Notes: generated by a model not told the origin, from the letters alone. A stretch of DNA of 49,152 nucleotides from Octopus sinensis (GCF_006345805.1 NW_021834403.1:1-49152); one strand, 5' to 3'. Positions 1 to 13,069 are shown, counted from the stretch's first letter. A program made the numbers and translations.

Positions 1-940
1 TTCTTTACTCAGGTTCTATACATTCTATATACAATGTATAATAATATTCGGTTATAATATACAACACATAATTATGTATGACATAGATATATAATGTGCG
101 TGTATGTGTATGTGTGCGCGCGCGTGTATGTATATGTGCATACGAATATATATTAAGAGATAGATAGGTAGACAGAGAGAAAGGAAAGAGAAAGAGAGAT
201 GAAGTGAATGAGAGGGGGAAGATGGTAGAAATATATAATAAAAATATACAATTTTTTTCTGTATTTATTAAATGAAAAAAATATAACTACATATAATTTT
301 TATATTATATATGTATAAATCAATGTGTATCATATATAAATTTGATTACACACTCACACGCACGCATACATATTACTCCGTATAAGCGTTTACGTGTATA
401 AATATTAAATATGCCTGTCCTATGTATACACACACACACACACATCGTACAGAATGCAAAATAATACATCTACATACACACAGCCACACACACACACACG
501 TACAACACAGAAAGACTGGCCGCGCAAACAATTATATTGAATGCGTAAGGCGTCTGAAAGAAATCAACCTCTTCATATACTAGCAGACGTACCAAAAATT
601 TGCATACAACAGCCATTCTTGTAAATTAGAGTATGGATATCTATAGAAATTATTAATATTTTTCAATTGAGAACCATATTTTTTGCCATATATTTCAATA
701 TCTAAAAACGGAATAAATTGGAGATGATATCTTGTCCAATTCCATCGAAAATGGCAAACATTTTTTTGTGATACAGACCAAAAAACGTTACATTTAACGG
801 CACAAGACTACGCATGAGGAACCTATTAAAGTATTCGCCAACCTCACACGAACGTCGTCAAGTTATTAAAATATGCAATAAGTTTTAGAATTAATATACA
901 TCATAGACACACACAGGCACACATACACAACTGTACGCAT

Positions 941-953
941 AAACATATGAATA

Positions 954-1012
<59 letters not shown>

Positions 1013-1344
1013 GTATATGTATATATACAACTACATATATATATATTTGTATGTATATATATATACACATACATAATTTACATTTATGCATGCATTCATA
1101 TAAATATATGTATATGGAGAGATACAGATCTAGGTATACAAATTCATGAGCATACATAAATATATATATATATATATATTTCTCTCTCTCTCTCTAATTA
1201 TATATATGTGTGTGTGCGCGCGCGCAACCGCGGCATTAAATCTTGATAAGTACTTCCGCGACAGAAACATCACTCTATCTATCTATCTATTATATATATA
1301 TCTATATATGTCTCTCTTCTTAACATATATATGTATATGTATGC

Positions 1345-1395
<51 letters not shown>

Positions 1396-1418
1396 TATAT
1401 AATCTATATATATATATC

Positions 1419-1478
<60 letters not shown>

Positions 1479-1479
1479 C

Positions 1480-1518
<39 letters not shown>

Positions 1519-1650
1519 CAAAGACAGAAACATACATATACACACATTATAGTGATATTTATTGTTAAACCAGATTTGTTGCTAAATGTATATATCTATG
1601 GCTACACACATACACACACACTTATCTACGAGTTAACATTGTATATTTGA
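941..1650. repeat. Compound (TA)n/(TG)n/(GA)n microsatellite field
   Basis: Directly visible dinucleotide runs; explains the I/Y/V/C-rich ORFs at 891-1650. Confidence 0.95.
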
Positions 1651-2296
1651 CGTTTTTATGTGTGGACAATATAGTATCAGCAATTTTATTAAGAAATTTT
1701 ATATGTATTTCTGTGGATAAACGTATGTATATACGTATGTACACTCACACACACACACACGCACACATGCCCGCGTGCGCATAAGGTATATACGCTTAGC
1801 TTCCAAATAACGAATTAATTCATGTTTTTTAAGCGAATGATCAAGTGTTATGTAGATGGTGCGTAGTAGATGAATTTCTATTGTGTGTTGTTCCGTCGAT
1901 TGATGTTGTTCTGAGTAGAGAAAGTTAAATCTTGTTGTAAAAGCCAACGCCAAACTTTTCACCATTCTTCATTGAATATTTGCTGCTGTTATATATAGTC
2001 TTTTAAACACCCATCCCACCGACACACACAACACAATACAGGTGTATGCATGCGTGTGAATGTTTGTGTGTGTGTGTGTGTGTAGATACACACTATGAAT
2101 ATGTCTATATATTCATATATAAGAACACAACATGGACTAAAATCTTTAAAAAATACGAAATTACAATAATTTGAATGCCATGATTAGCGAAAGCGAAACC
2201 AGTCGAGAAACACAATATAAAATATATTAAAAAATATATTAAAACTATGTAGATATATTTTTACATCATATATATATTATATATATATATTATATA

Positions 2297-2320
<24 letters not shown>

Positions 2321-2337
<17 letters not shown>

Positions 2338-2985
2338 TCAACTTGTGTGTCTGTGTGTGTATCTGTGTGTGTGTGTGTGTCTGTGTGTTTAACTTCCCGG
2401 AACATCTCCTCCTAGCCAACAAATCGTAGAACCACCAAAAATGGGTCACTTAAAGTTTAGGCGAACTGCGCTGTTTCTGTTTCGAAATTCATCTCGCAAG
2501 TGCAAAAATCGATAATGTGTTTGTTTAGGCCTTATCTCATGCATTGAATAGTGTACTTTACTCAGCTGTTTGACGTGAACTGTGTTCACCACGCGTGCAA
2601 GCATGCGTAAATTGCATGAAAAATAAAAAAATCAAGATATAAAAGCGAATCACCGTAAAAATTGTAGAAATTCGGCAAAGAAATGAATTTTCGGGATGTA
2701 GCCTGGAGGGTTTTTTCGTATTAATCGTTTGAACTTTGTGTACACATACCAATTGTTTTCATAGCATTTTTAACGCTTTGAATTAAATATGACCATTTTG
2801 CGTTGAGTCTGCAGTTTGAATCACTTTAACCAAATTTTAGCAGGCCGGATTTTTGATCATCACGATACATCGCCAGCGACTCCCTGAAACTCTCCCCTGA
2901 AATTCCCGTTGAGAAATCTATATATATAAAACTCAACTTGTGTTTCTGTGTGTGTATTTGTGTGTTTGTCTGTGTGTTTAACTTT
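2321..2985 (+). mobile_element. Probable non-autonomous Helitron-like element(s) with a duplicated 5' head
   Basis: The head TATATATATAAAACTCAACTTGTGT-(GT)n-TTTAACTT occurs at about 2321 and again at 2917 (TCTATATATATAAAACTCAAC). A TC start plus a subterminal (GT)n matches the Helitron copy at 3035. No clear CTAG 3' end was seen. Confidence 0.45.
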
Positions 2986-3034
2986 TGGATCTACCAAGTT
3001 TCATTATTAAGGATGGAAAGTAGTGTGTAGCAAA

Positions 3035-3424
3035 TCTATATATATAAAGCTGAAGTTGTCTGTGTGTGGCAGGTTTGGTAGCCTTCAACTAACACTATCT
3101 CCTTCGAGAACCTGCATCGCAAGTTGACGAAAATTGAGAGTATGATAGATGAATGCGTGCTCTTCATTCTGTAGAAGATAAAATTCAAATCGGACCATGT
3201 TAACACCAAAAATTATTTACATCAAAAAGGGTCTTTTTTTCTATGAAAATCCCTATTTTTTTACGATTTTTGACTGCTGTGTCACCATTTTTCGGTGTAT
3301 TTCAACTGGAAAAATGTTCACTTGAAGAGAATAACAAGTTGCATAATGCAAAATTTTTACCTTTCAAAACTTCCAATTCTAAAGGGTCGAAACAAACCCA
3401 AGCAACACTGGGTGATACTGCAAG
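3035..3424 (+). mobile_element. Non-autonomous Helitron (about 390 bp), copy A
   Basis: 5' TCTATATATATAAAGC; 3' hairpin ACCCA-agcaacac-TGGGT followed by CAAG (decayed CTAG); inserted between A and T. Homologous over its full length to 23291-23679 on the minus strand. Confidence 0.8.
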
Positions 3425-3426
3425 TA

Positions 3427-3478
<52 letters not shown>

Positions 3479-3486
3479 CGTGTGTG

Positions 3487-3544
<58 letters not shown>

Positions 3545-4063
3545 CACTGGATAACACCCCCCCACTATTTCCTGTACTACTCTCTAAACTTTAGTAGGCT
3601 TGACGTGGTATGCATTATTTTCTATATTCATTCTGCCACAGATAAGACAAAAGAAACAATGCAAGTATTTTGACTTCCATTATTGATGTAAATACGTTTT
3701 AAAAAATGGTTATCGCCTTATACTTGAAGTCTATGCGGTCATCTGATGAGAACGATCTCTTTCAAATTGATGTGATGTTGTCATTAATTGACACCTGTAC
3801 ATCTTTGTTACTCATTTATATTCTGTTCACCTAGCTTGGAATCTGCACTTCAGATATACTATAGAAGGTACCTTTATAAAAGTACATGTCTGAATTACCA
3901 AGAGCGGATATCTTCACTTAGCTGGGTTGCGATGTCTCCCCTCACGGCAGGAATATCAGGTGCAAACATCCGTACATGGAGTCTTGATATTCAATATCCA
4001 ATTAATATTGTTTGGTTGTGCGGATTACAGCGCCCTTGCAAGGTGCCTCAATGTAAGTACCTA

Positions 4064-4106
<43 letters not shown>

Positions 4107-4119
4107 TATATATAATATA

Positions 4120-4437
4120 CCCCTCCGCAAAAAAATCTCAAATTTTATTTAATTTGATTTCGCGGGAAGGAAAATTTTATTGAAGTCATGTATCGCCTGA
4201 CCTTCGAAACGTGGAGTAGATGAAATTAAGGTGACTGAAGAAGGGGAATTTTCCTTGTTTGTATGTCCTGTACTCTACTTTTTCGTTGTTAAAAAAAAAA
4301 ATGTCCATTTCCTCGGTTTTGTGTTTATGTTTTCGTTTCTCATTGTGTTCGACGTTTTTTTGGTGTCCTGTACCCATATATGCATGTATATATACATGTA
4401 GAGGTAGGTACGTACATATATGTATGTATATATGCAT

Positions 4438-4440
<3 letters not shown>
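4120..4440 (+). repeat. Unclassified structured interspersed repeat (copy 1)
   Basis: Colinear with 33136-33440 (CCCCTC-GCAAA...TTCGC-GGAAGG...CCTTCGAAAC...CTGAWGAAGGGGA...GTCCTGTAC). Confidence 0.6.
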
Positions 4441-4489
<49 letters not shown>

Positions 4490-4490
4490 A

Positions 4491-5718
4491 CAGAGTGCGT
4501 AAAATATTTGAGGACAGATTTATGTTTATCAAAAAACAGATGTATAATAACAGATAACTTTATTTATGAAAAAATGCTATGAGGATAAAAAATAAACCGT
4601 CTTTTCTATAATGTTATTCAATAAATCCACGTTCAGCTTCAATAACTCCTAGATGAGATCTATATCATCTCCATGATCGAATCAAGTGGTCCTGGTTCAT
4701 TTTGGACATTACTCTGACTATGGCATCTTTCGAAGAATCTTTGGTGTTATGTGCGTGTTCAACAACGCTTCACATGTAAATAGTTCAATGGATTGAGATC
4801 TGGGGAATTAGGAAGCCACATGTTAGGGGTTATGTGACCATGAACATTTTCGGTCAACCATTCCTGTCTTACTAGAACCATGTATGGTAATGCAGAGTCT
4901 TACTGAAGCACATATGGCCTTCCATAGCATACACTATCTGTCCAGGGCTTATTTCCTGGACCTCAATGTAGGCGGCAGAGTTAACTCTAAGGCTTTGGGA
5001 AAGAAATAAGGAGACGTCATATGTCCTTCATTGCTGACAACCCCTAAAACTATGACAGTTGCAGGAAATTTTGTATGCATAACACTTGGAACTTAAGAAG
5101 GGTCTGCCCATAACCATTTGTCATTTCTTCTGATAACTTTTTGATCTTGTTCAAAGTTTTTCCCCTTTGAGAAAAACCATATCAAATCTTCTGCTGGATT
5201 TTTCAGTTTGTTTAAGAGCACTGATGTAGTGATTTTCCTTTGCTTTTTCTGACAAATTCACCTTTCCTCATCACATAAGACTTATATCTGATGTATTCGT
5301 TGACAACATTTCTAACTGTTTCTTATGACACATGGAGATCTTTTGCAATTGACCTCATGGACTTTCTAGGATTGTAATCAATGGTCTGTTGAACTTGATG
5401 GATAAATTCAGGTGTTCTGATAATTTCAGAGCGTTTAGAATGCTTTTAATGCTTTGATACTGGTGATATGTTTCCATTTTAAGTCTCTAGCTTCTTACAA
5501 ACTTGTAGACGAAAGACCTGGTAATTTTTAAAACTCGAGATATTTCTAAATCACTATGCTCAGCCTTTATAAACCACAATAACAGCTTGCATCTTCGTTT
5601 CTTGAGTAAGCTGAGGATCTGCATTATTATTTTCCGAAACAAAGCTTATAGATAATTAGCAAAAAATATAAGCAATGACCCCCAAAAAGGTATGTCCTCA
5701 AATACCTTACGGACTATA
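4491..5718 (-). mobile_element. Tc1/mariner DD37D (maT-type) transposon, full length, decayed
   Basis: 26-bp TIRs: CAGAGTGCGTAAAATATTTGAGGACA (4491-4516) versus 5693-5718, 21/26 match; TA on the left; transposase relic inside. Confidence 0.85.
4614..5624 (-). pseudogene. DD37D transposase pseudogene
   Basis: Hand translation gives WFFSKGKNFEQDQK...TKFPATVIVLGVVSNEGH...RPYVLQ*DSA...WLPNSPDLNPLNY. Exactly 37 residues lie between the second D and the third catalytic position (now N). Stops and frameshifts are present. Confidence 0.85.
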
Positions 5719-5936
5719 TTATAACTGGACTCAGATCATCGGAGGAGGGAGAGATATTGTGTGCGCCTACGTAGATTCAAAAAGACAGTGGATGTTTGGA
5801 AGAGCCTGGTGTTACACATTATAATTTGTATGTGTGCGTGCGTGTGTGTTTGAATGCATGTGTTTGTATGGGCGTATATTGTATATATACATATTTATAA
5901 GTATTTGTATATGTATATTCATGTGAGTATGTGTGT

Positions 5937-5978
<42 letters not shown>

Positions 5979-6099
5979 ATGTGCCTCCTTTAGAGGGAGA
6001 GACCTGTTTCTGTATCTCTGTCTCACTCTAACCCTTCATCATCTGACACAAAATCACTTCCTGCAATGTCCCTTCCCTCTCCACCCAAAGGTTCTTTGT

Positions 6100-6397
6100 C
6101 TTTCAAGTTACTTGGTGATCCCGTCAGTGTTGATGCCGTGTAAAAAGCATCCAGTATACACCTGTAAAGTGGTTGGAGTTTGGAAGGGCATCCAACCGTA
6201 AAAACCTTGCCAAAATTGGCCTCACCTCTGCTTGTGCCGCTTAAAAAGTACTCACTCCACTCTGCAGGATAGTTAGTGTTAGGAAGGGCTTCCACTCGTA
6301 AAAACAGATGTTGGTGTAGGCTCCCGCCTGGCCGGCCTCTGTCAAACCGTCCAATCCATGCCAGCATGAAAGGTAGACAGTAAACCATGATGATGAT
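6100..6397 (+). mobile_element. SINE/RTE-type 3' portion ending in (GAT)n
   Basis: GTAAAGTGGTTGG...GGAAGGGCATCC...GTAAAA motif present twice in tandem; TGTCAAACCGTCCAATCCATGCCAGCATG end; GATGATGAT tail. Family assignment is from memory. Confidence 0.5.
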
Positions 6398-7630
6398 ATA
6401 TATATATATATATATATATACGTACATTTATGTCTACATACGTATGTAGGATGTGTAGGTGTGCATATACAATTAACAGGTACGGAAACGCACAGCCCTG
6501 TTGCAGCCTAAAACAAACTCCTAACGCTCACTCACACACACACACATACGTTGTCTTACAATGATTTTTCGCTCCAATAAAATCTGATGGTTTAAGCGAA
6601 ACCATAAAAGCATCAATTGATTCTTATTCTTCCTCCTCCTCCTCCTCCTCCACCTTTTTTCTCGCTGTTCTCCTCCTCCTCCTCCTTTCCCCACTGAATA
6701 TCTTACTTTTCACTCACGTCCTCCTCCTTTGCTGGCTTATAAGAGGAAGCCGACAATTTGGTTCCTATTAAGTAAATTGCTCTACAGTTTGCTAAATTGA
6801 CCGCCTTGAAGTGGCAGAGAGAGAAAGAGAGAAAGAGAGATGAGAGAGAGAGAGAAGATGAAGAGCGACAGACGAAGATGGAGAGGAATCCAAGATGGTT
6901 GAAGGATTAAGCAAACGCGATTATTGACTTCTACCTATGGCCATAAACGAACGTTGATCAATTTACTCGACACACACCAAAGTTAATAATAATGGTTTCA
7001 AACATTGGCACTATTACAGGATTCCTTATGGAAACGGTAAAGTTGAATTAATCGATCCCCCTCTACGTGACTTGTTCTTAATTTACCGATCCGAGGACGG
7101 ATATGACGCAGATTGTAACTCGGTAGGAATTTAACCAAAAGTAGAGGTGGCAGCCGACTCTTTTATAGGAATGGATTTTAATGGTCCATTGTATAAGCCT
7201 GTATTAGTCCGAGGTCGACGGCCAACTCAAGGGCTACATCTGGCGGCACATACTTCAGCTACGTTACTGAAATGCCGGGAGTCATTTTATCTTGGACTCA
7301 ATTGTTGACGCTAACACTTCGTCGTTTTACTAATCATTGATACTAGCAGGATTGTGGAAATCACACATTTTATTAATATTCTTATTTCTATTTCCAAGAA
7401 TAAATTGATAGAGATCTCTCTAGGCATAAGTGCAAGCATAGTGCTGTGGTTAACAAGGTTGCTCTGCCACATCGTGGTTCCATGTTTAGTACCACCGTGT
7501 GGCACCTTAAGCAAATATCTTCTATAATAGCCCCATACCTACAAAAAGAATATGGTAGACTGGTAACTGTATGGAATCCCCCGACGAATATGTATGTGTG
7601 TGTGTGTGTGTATGTGTGTGTGTGTGTGTG

Positions 7631-7830
7631 TGTGTTTATCGTCGCAAACTGCTTGACAACGGTGTCGCCTTGTTTAAGTCTCAGTAACTTAGCGCTACGG
7701 CAAAGAGACCGATACAATTAGTACCAGACCTAAAAAATACATAAGTACTGGATTGATTTGTTTGGCTAAAACCCTTTAAGGTATTTGCTGCATCATGGCC
7801 ACAGTCCAATGATTGAAACAAATAAAAGAC
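7631..7830 (+). mobile_element. tRNA/CORE-type SINE (OR2-like), 3' half, degenerate
   Basis: Aligns with 26130-26298 (GCTTGACAAC...CTTAGCG...GGCAAAGAGACCGATA...CATGGCCACAGTCCAATGATTGAAACAAATAAAAGA). Confidence 0.7.
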
Positions 7831-8399
7831 ATACAAAAATACAAAATGAAGGATTCGTAGAATTGTTTCTTTAAGACTTCGGCATCGTTCCATTATTTTT
7901 TAAAAGCATAACATTCGAATTCGTTTCATTAACTTGCTTCATTAACGGCGGTCACGCAGTGAAACCGTCATGAAAGGTATAGTCGAAAAACTCGACTCCA
8001 ATACGTTTTAAGTCTGGGAATTATTCTATTGGCCTCTACTATGGAAACGTAAACGAACCAACACCGAGTGTAAAGTGGTGATGCTGAAAAAAAAACAGAC
8101 CCCCAAAACACACACACATAGTTACATGCATATATATATATATGTGTGTGTGTATGTGTGTGTATAGGGAGAATTCACAAAAACAAAAAACAAAAGAGGA
8201 GACAGGTGGTGTGTATGTATGTGTATGTGTGTGTATATATATATATATGCGTATGTGTGTGTCGACTGGTCTATGACAAACTTTAACACTTGCTTTGAGT
8301 AAGGAATTCTTCCGACGCTCTTCCGCAGCAAGTTAGGATTATAAACAAAACACATGCTGTATGTGCGATCGATAATGTTTGCATCACAAGAGATGCTTT

Positions 8400-8879
8400 A
8401 AATTTGCATTTTAATATATATTATATATACATAAATATATATACATATATATATATATACATATATATATATACATATATACATATAACATATATAATAT
8501 ATATATTATATATATACACATATATTATATACAATATACATATACACATTATACATATATATATATACACAATATACATATATATATATATACATATATA
8601 TATACATATACATATATACATATATATATATAGATACATTACATATATAATATATATATATACATATACATATGCATATACATATATATATAACATAACA
8701 TATATATATACATATACATATACATATACATATATATACATATACATATACAATATATATAAATATACATATATATATATATACATTACATATATACATA
8801 TACATATATAAATACATATACATATATATATACATATACATATATATATATATATATAATATATATACACACACACATT

Positions 8880-8933
<54 letters not shown>

Positions 8934-8992
8934 CATATTATACATATAATATATATACCATATATATATATATACATATATATATACATATA

Positions 8993-9038
<46 letters not shown>

Positions 9039-9085
9039 TATACATATATATACATATACATATATATATATATACATATATATAC

Positions 9086-9119
<34 letters not shown>

Positions 9120-9134
9120 ATATATATACATATA
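8400..9134. repeat. Long compound (TA)n/(TACA)n microsatellite
   Basis: About 730 bp of almost pure T/A/C dinucleotide variants. Confidence 0.97.
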
Positions 9135-9630
9135 AGCTACTGGAAAGACTCAAGAGATTAGACCTCATTCCTTAGAGCGTAAGCGAGAAAGATATGCCAT
9201 AATATACATCTGGAAGATCCTAGAAGGACTTGTTCCAAACTTTGGCATCGAGAGTTACGCAAATCGCAGAACTGGGCGCCACTGCGTGGTGCCAAGGACT
9301 CCAAATTTGCCATCAAGATATAGGACAAGATACTGTGATAGCCTGGGCTTCCGAGGCCCACAGCTCTTCAATATCCTCCCGAAGAACCTGAGGGACATGC
9401 ATGGGGTGGATGCAGATGTCTTTAAAATAAAACTGGATCTTTTCCTGTCAGGTATCACAGATGAACCAACTTCACGGCAGGAGGTGCAACGGAGGGCAGC
9501 TGCATCGAACTCTCATGCACCAAATGGTAGTTGCTAAAAAGCATTCGTGAAGTAAAATCATGTAGCAACACCAAATGGCGGTGCCCCAGCATGGCCACAG
9601 CTCGTGAGCTGAAACTAGATAAAATAAAAT
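9135..9630 (+). mobile_element. CR1/L2-group LINE, 5'-truncated 3' end
   Basis: Translation [36 protein letters not shown]...FRGPQLFNILPKNLRD...FKIKLDLFLSGITDEP matches a typical CR1/L2 ORF2 C-terminus. The 3' UTR ends in a stem-loop and a (TAAAA)-like tail. Confidence 0.85.
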
Positions 9631-10479
9631 TTTAAAAAATATACATATATATATATACGGCCTGAATGTGGAATAATATCAGAGTTCTAACATTAGCCGA
9701 AGGCCGTTTGGGACAGTGAAACGTTCTTATTTTATCGATCCCAAGAAATAAGAAAAACAAATTGGTCTCGACAGGAATCGAACTTGGGACGACAAGGGAG
9801 CCATGAAGACTGTATATTTTGTTAATATGCGTTCCATATTCTGTTAACCTGCCGCCGTTTTTCTTTCAAATTTTTTAATTTTGACAAATGATTTTAAAAT
9901 TGGAATAAAGCCATTAATTTTGAGGATGATCGGTTTTGGGTCTAGTTTACTTGATCGATGCCTCCCGAGGCTTTAGTTTATAACCCCATAGCCCTTCATT
10001 GGAAGAATGAAGGCAAAGTTTGAAATCAGAACGTAGAAAGACGTCAGAAAATACTGCAAAATAGAATGTAACGCGCAACGGTATCACATGACCTGTTTTG
10101 TTAGAGATGGTGAGCTTACAATCGTTAGATCGTGATTTCAAATCTCAGATCGGGTGGCAGGTTATATTCCTGAACAAGGCGCTACATTTCACGTTGCTCC
10201 AATCCACACATCTGAGGATGAGTACCAGCGACAGATGGGAATTAACTTTCAGAAAGACTTGCGGCTCATCCAGGAAAGGCTGTGGCAACACGAAATAGCT
10301 TAAACACATGTGAAACTCGAATAAGCTCAGGCCTCATGCAGTTGTATGTGCCCGAAGCAGACACTTTATAAATGTTTAAGACTTTTAGAAGTTGTTTTAG
10401 AAGTTCTGATCTGGTTTGAAACTGGGTAACAGGGACTGTTACGAGGGATCTCGGTTTGATTCAATAAAAGGCGAGAGAA

Positions 10480-10810
10480 ACTGAAAAAAAAAAAGCAAGA
10501 ATAGGAAAAAAGGAAAGGAAATAAAATAGGTAGATAGAAAGAAAAGAAAGAAGGAAAGTAAATGAATACAGAAAGATGGTGAGGTAGGGGAAAAGGAATG
10601 AAAGAAGGAAGATACGAAGGAAAAACGAAGGAAACTACAAAAATACTGAAAGGTAAGGAGAAAGGAAGAAAGGAAGAGAAAAGGAGAAAAGAAAAGCTGA
10701 AAGAAAGAACGAATGAATAAGTGAAGGAAGGAATGTAAGGGACATAGGGAAGAAAGAAGGAGAGGCAGAGGGAAGAAAGGAAGAAAGCTTTAAGCGACAT
10801 TGAAGGAAAG
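10480..10810. repeat. Purine-rich (GAA/GGAA) low-complexity tract
   Basis: Nearly all A/G on the plus strand; source of the F/S/L-rich ORF 10366-10800. Confidence 0.9.
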
Positions 10811-10869
10811 ATTTAGTCGAATGAGGAATGAAGTAAAATGTTTTTTCTGTTATCGGAATGGTGGATGGA

Positions 10870-11445
10870 GACAGATGTTGCTCCATATATACTCAGTCAT
10901 CATTGCAGCCACTCATTGCTAATGCCTCGTTAAACTGGGGGTAGGGGTCTCTTGAAGATCTTTCACTCTTTCTCTCCGCCGATGCTCTTGTCGAGGTCTC
11001 TAATTACGGCTGAAAAGTGGTTAGTGTTTCTAATTAGGCTTTCTGCAGAGGTAGTGCTTGCCTATCTTGAAGTGGACAGTAACATCCAAAAAGTCGACCT
11101 TCGCTAAATTCCTGGTTCGAGTAATAGTAAAGCTAAATGTTTTGAAAATGGATTTCGGGTTCTACCTGAACCTATTCAGTGGCTTGAGATTTCCAGGCCA
11201 TCATCCCTGTACAGGACCGAATTTTGAGAGCATATACGATTTTTGAGTATCCAGGGTAAATGACCCTGTAGGATCAATAACCTCAGTCCTGTCGTAATTT
11301 TCTTCGGATAAATCGAACAGGGGCTTACATTCCTTCATTACCAAGTATGAAATGCCATGAAACAGGGGTGACTTTCTCGAGTTCCAAATGATTTTTGTCT
11401 CAACATCGCTAATTCTAGTAAATTGTCTACCAAAGTAGAAGGGAC
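10870..11445 (-). pseudogene. Penelope-like element reverse transcriptase relic
   Basis: Minus strand reads IIWNSRKSPLF...FDLSEENYDRTEV (FDV.MG.YDGAE-like), LYRDDGL (11194-11211), SIFKTF...VDFLDVT (11078-11098)...RKPN, ...FNEALAMSG. This is the PLE RT motif order, with frameshifts. Confidence 0.8.
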
Positions 11446-11934
11446 CAAACCGAAGATTTTCAATTTATGTATTTATGCACATATGCATGTAACTATTGTA
11501 CATGCGTATGTATAAGGGTGTATATGAAAAGTACAAACACACACATACATACAAACACTCTCACACAAACGAGATGGAGAGCTATGTTATGAAAATGTAA
11601 TTATTTTCCCAAATAAAGTGAACTTCATATTCAAGACTCTGATGAAGCTATATAGGATGTTATCCTGTTACTCAACTAACAGCTCACCACATAGCGGAAA
11701 CAGCTGTAAGCTAAGGGAGTTCATTGCATAACATTTTGTTTTTTCCGGTGTCGTCCCATTGTTCTTATTACCACTCTTTACTCGTCTAACATTGTGTTCT
11801 GGACCATACATGTATTGAGTTCTACACCAGCCGTAGTGAGTGACCTACTATCGATCTGTTATTATTTGTTTATATACAGACATACAAATCAATGTACGCA
11901 TACAGTAATATATACATATATACAAAAAAAAAAA

Positions 11935-12090
11935 CAAAAACAAAAGACGAAGACAGGTGGTGTACAAAACAAACAGATGCATTAGTATAACGCTCAGGAA
12001 TAGAAAAAGTCTTTTACATTTCGAGCCTACGCTCTTCTACAGAAAGGGACACAGAAAAAAAACAAGGAGAGAAAAAAAAGGAAAGAAAAA
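11935..12090 (-). mobile_element. Short PLE-derived element with a variant minimal hammerhead-like motif
   Basis: Homologous to 28755-28935 and 44660-44835; minus strand CTTT-CTGTAGA-A-GAGC-gtag-GCTC-GAAA-TGTA-AAAG at 12011-12046. Confidence 0.6.
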
Positions 12091-12116
12091 ATGTATATAT
12101 ACATATATATTTATAT

Positions 12117-12161
<45 letters not shown>

Positions 12162-12582
12162 TGTGAAGCAACTCATTGATGTATAAAGTATCACATTGTG
12201 GCCTCAGTAAGTTTCTAGAGTAGAAAGTAACGCAACAAAAATCCCTCGCTAAATACTTGTCCTCCATTTTTGCTTTCGGCTCATTTCTTGTTTACTTGTG
12301 TTTCTTTTCCCTGTTTATCTTCATTTACGTATTCTGAAAATGTTTGCTTTCTTCTAATTCTATAGTTTGAATTTGTGTTTCCATTCCATTTAAATCTCTA
12401 TAAGAATTTCAATTAATTAACGTTATTTTAGTCATAGAAAAGATACAAATAAACAAATCGATGGTTTAAAATTAAAAAGAAGTCAATGAGGATTTGGTGA
12501 CACCTGCGAGCTGTTTGAAATGGAGGAGATTTTATTCAAGTGATTAACGATTTTTAATGAATCTAAAAGTCTGTCTGTCTTG

Positions 12583-12770
<188 letters not shown>

Positions 12771-13069
12771 TATAGCTATCTCTCAATACACACACACACA
12801 CACACACACACACATCGTTATCTCTCTCTCTCTCTCTCCACTTACGTACTCAACCGCACACACGCACACAGATTTAACATATCCGCCGTATTTTTTACTA
12901 CCAATCAGTTTGAACTCTCTCTCTCTCTCTTTTCTTATATATTTGCACACACAAACATATAAACGTGCATGCATGCATGCACATATTAAAGATATAACAA
13001 AAATCATAAAAATAGAATTGAGAATAATAAATAGAATCCCTCGTAGCGAGCCGTCCGTCCGTCTTGGGT

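Noticed and set aside
580-940. Minus-strand Helitron ending at CTAG 580-583
   Set aside because: A terminal CTAG and a downstream (CA)n are suggestive, but there is no clear hairpin and no second copy in the window.
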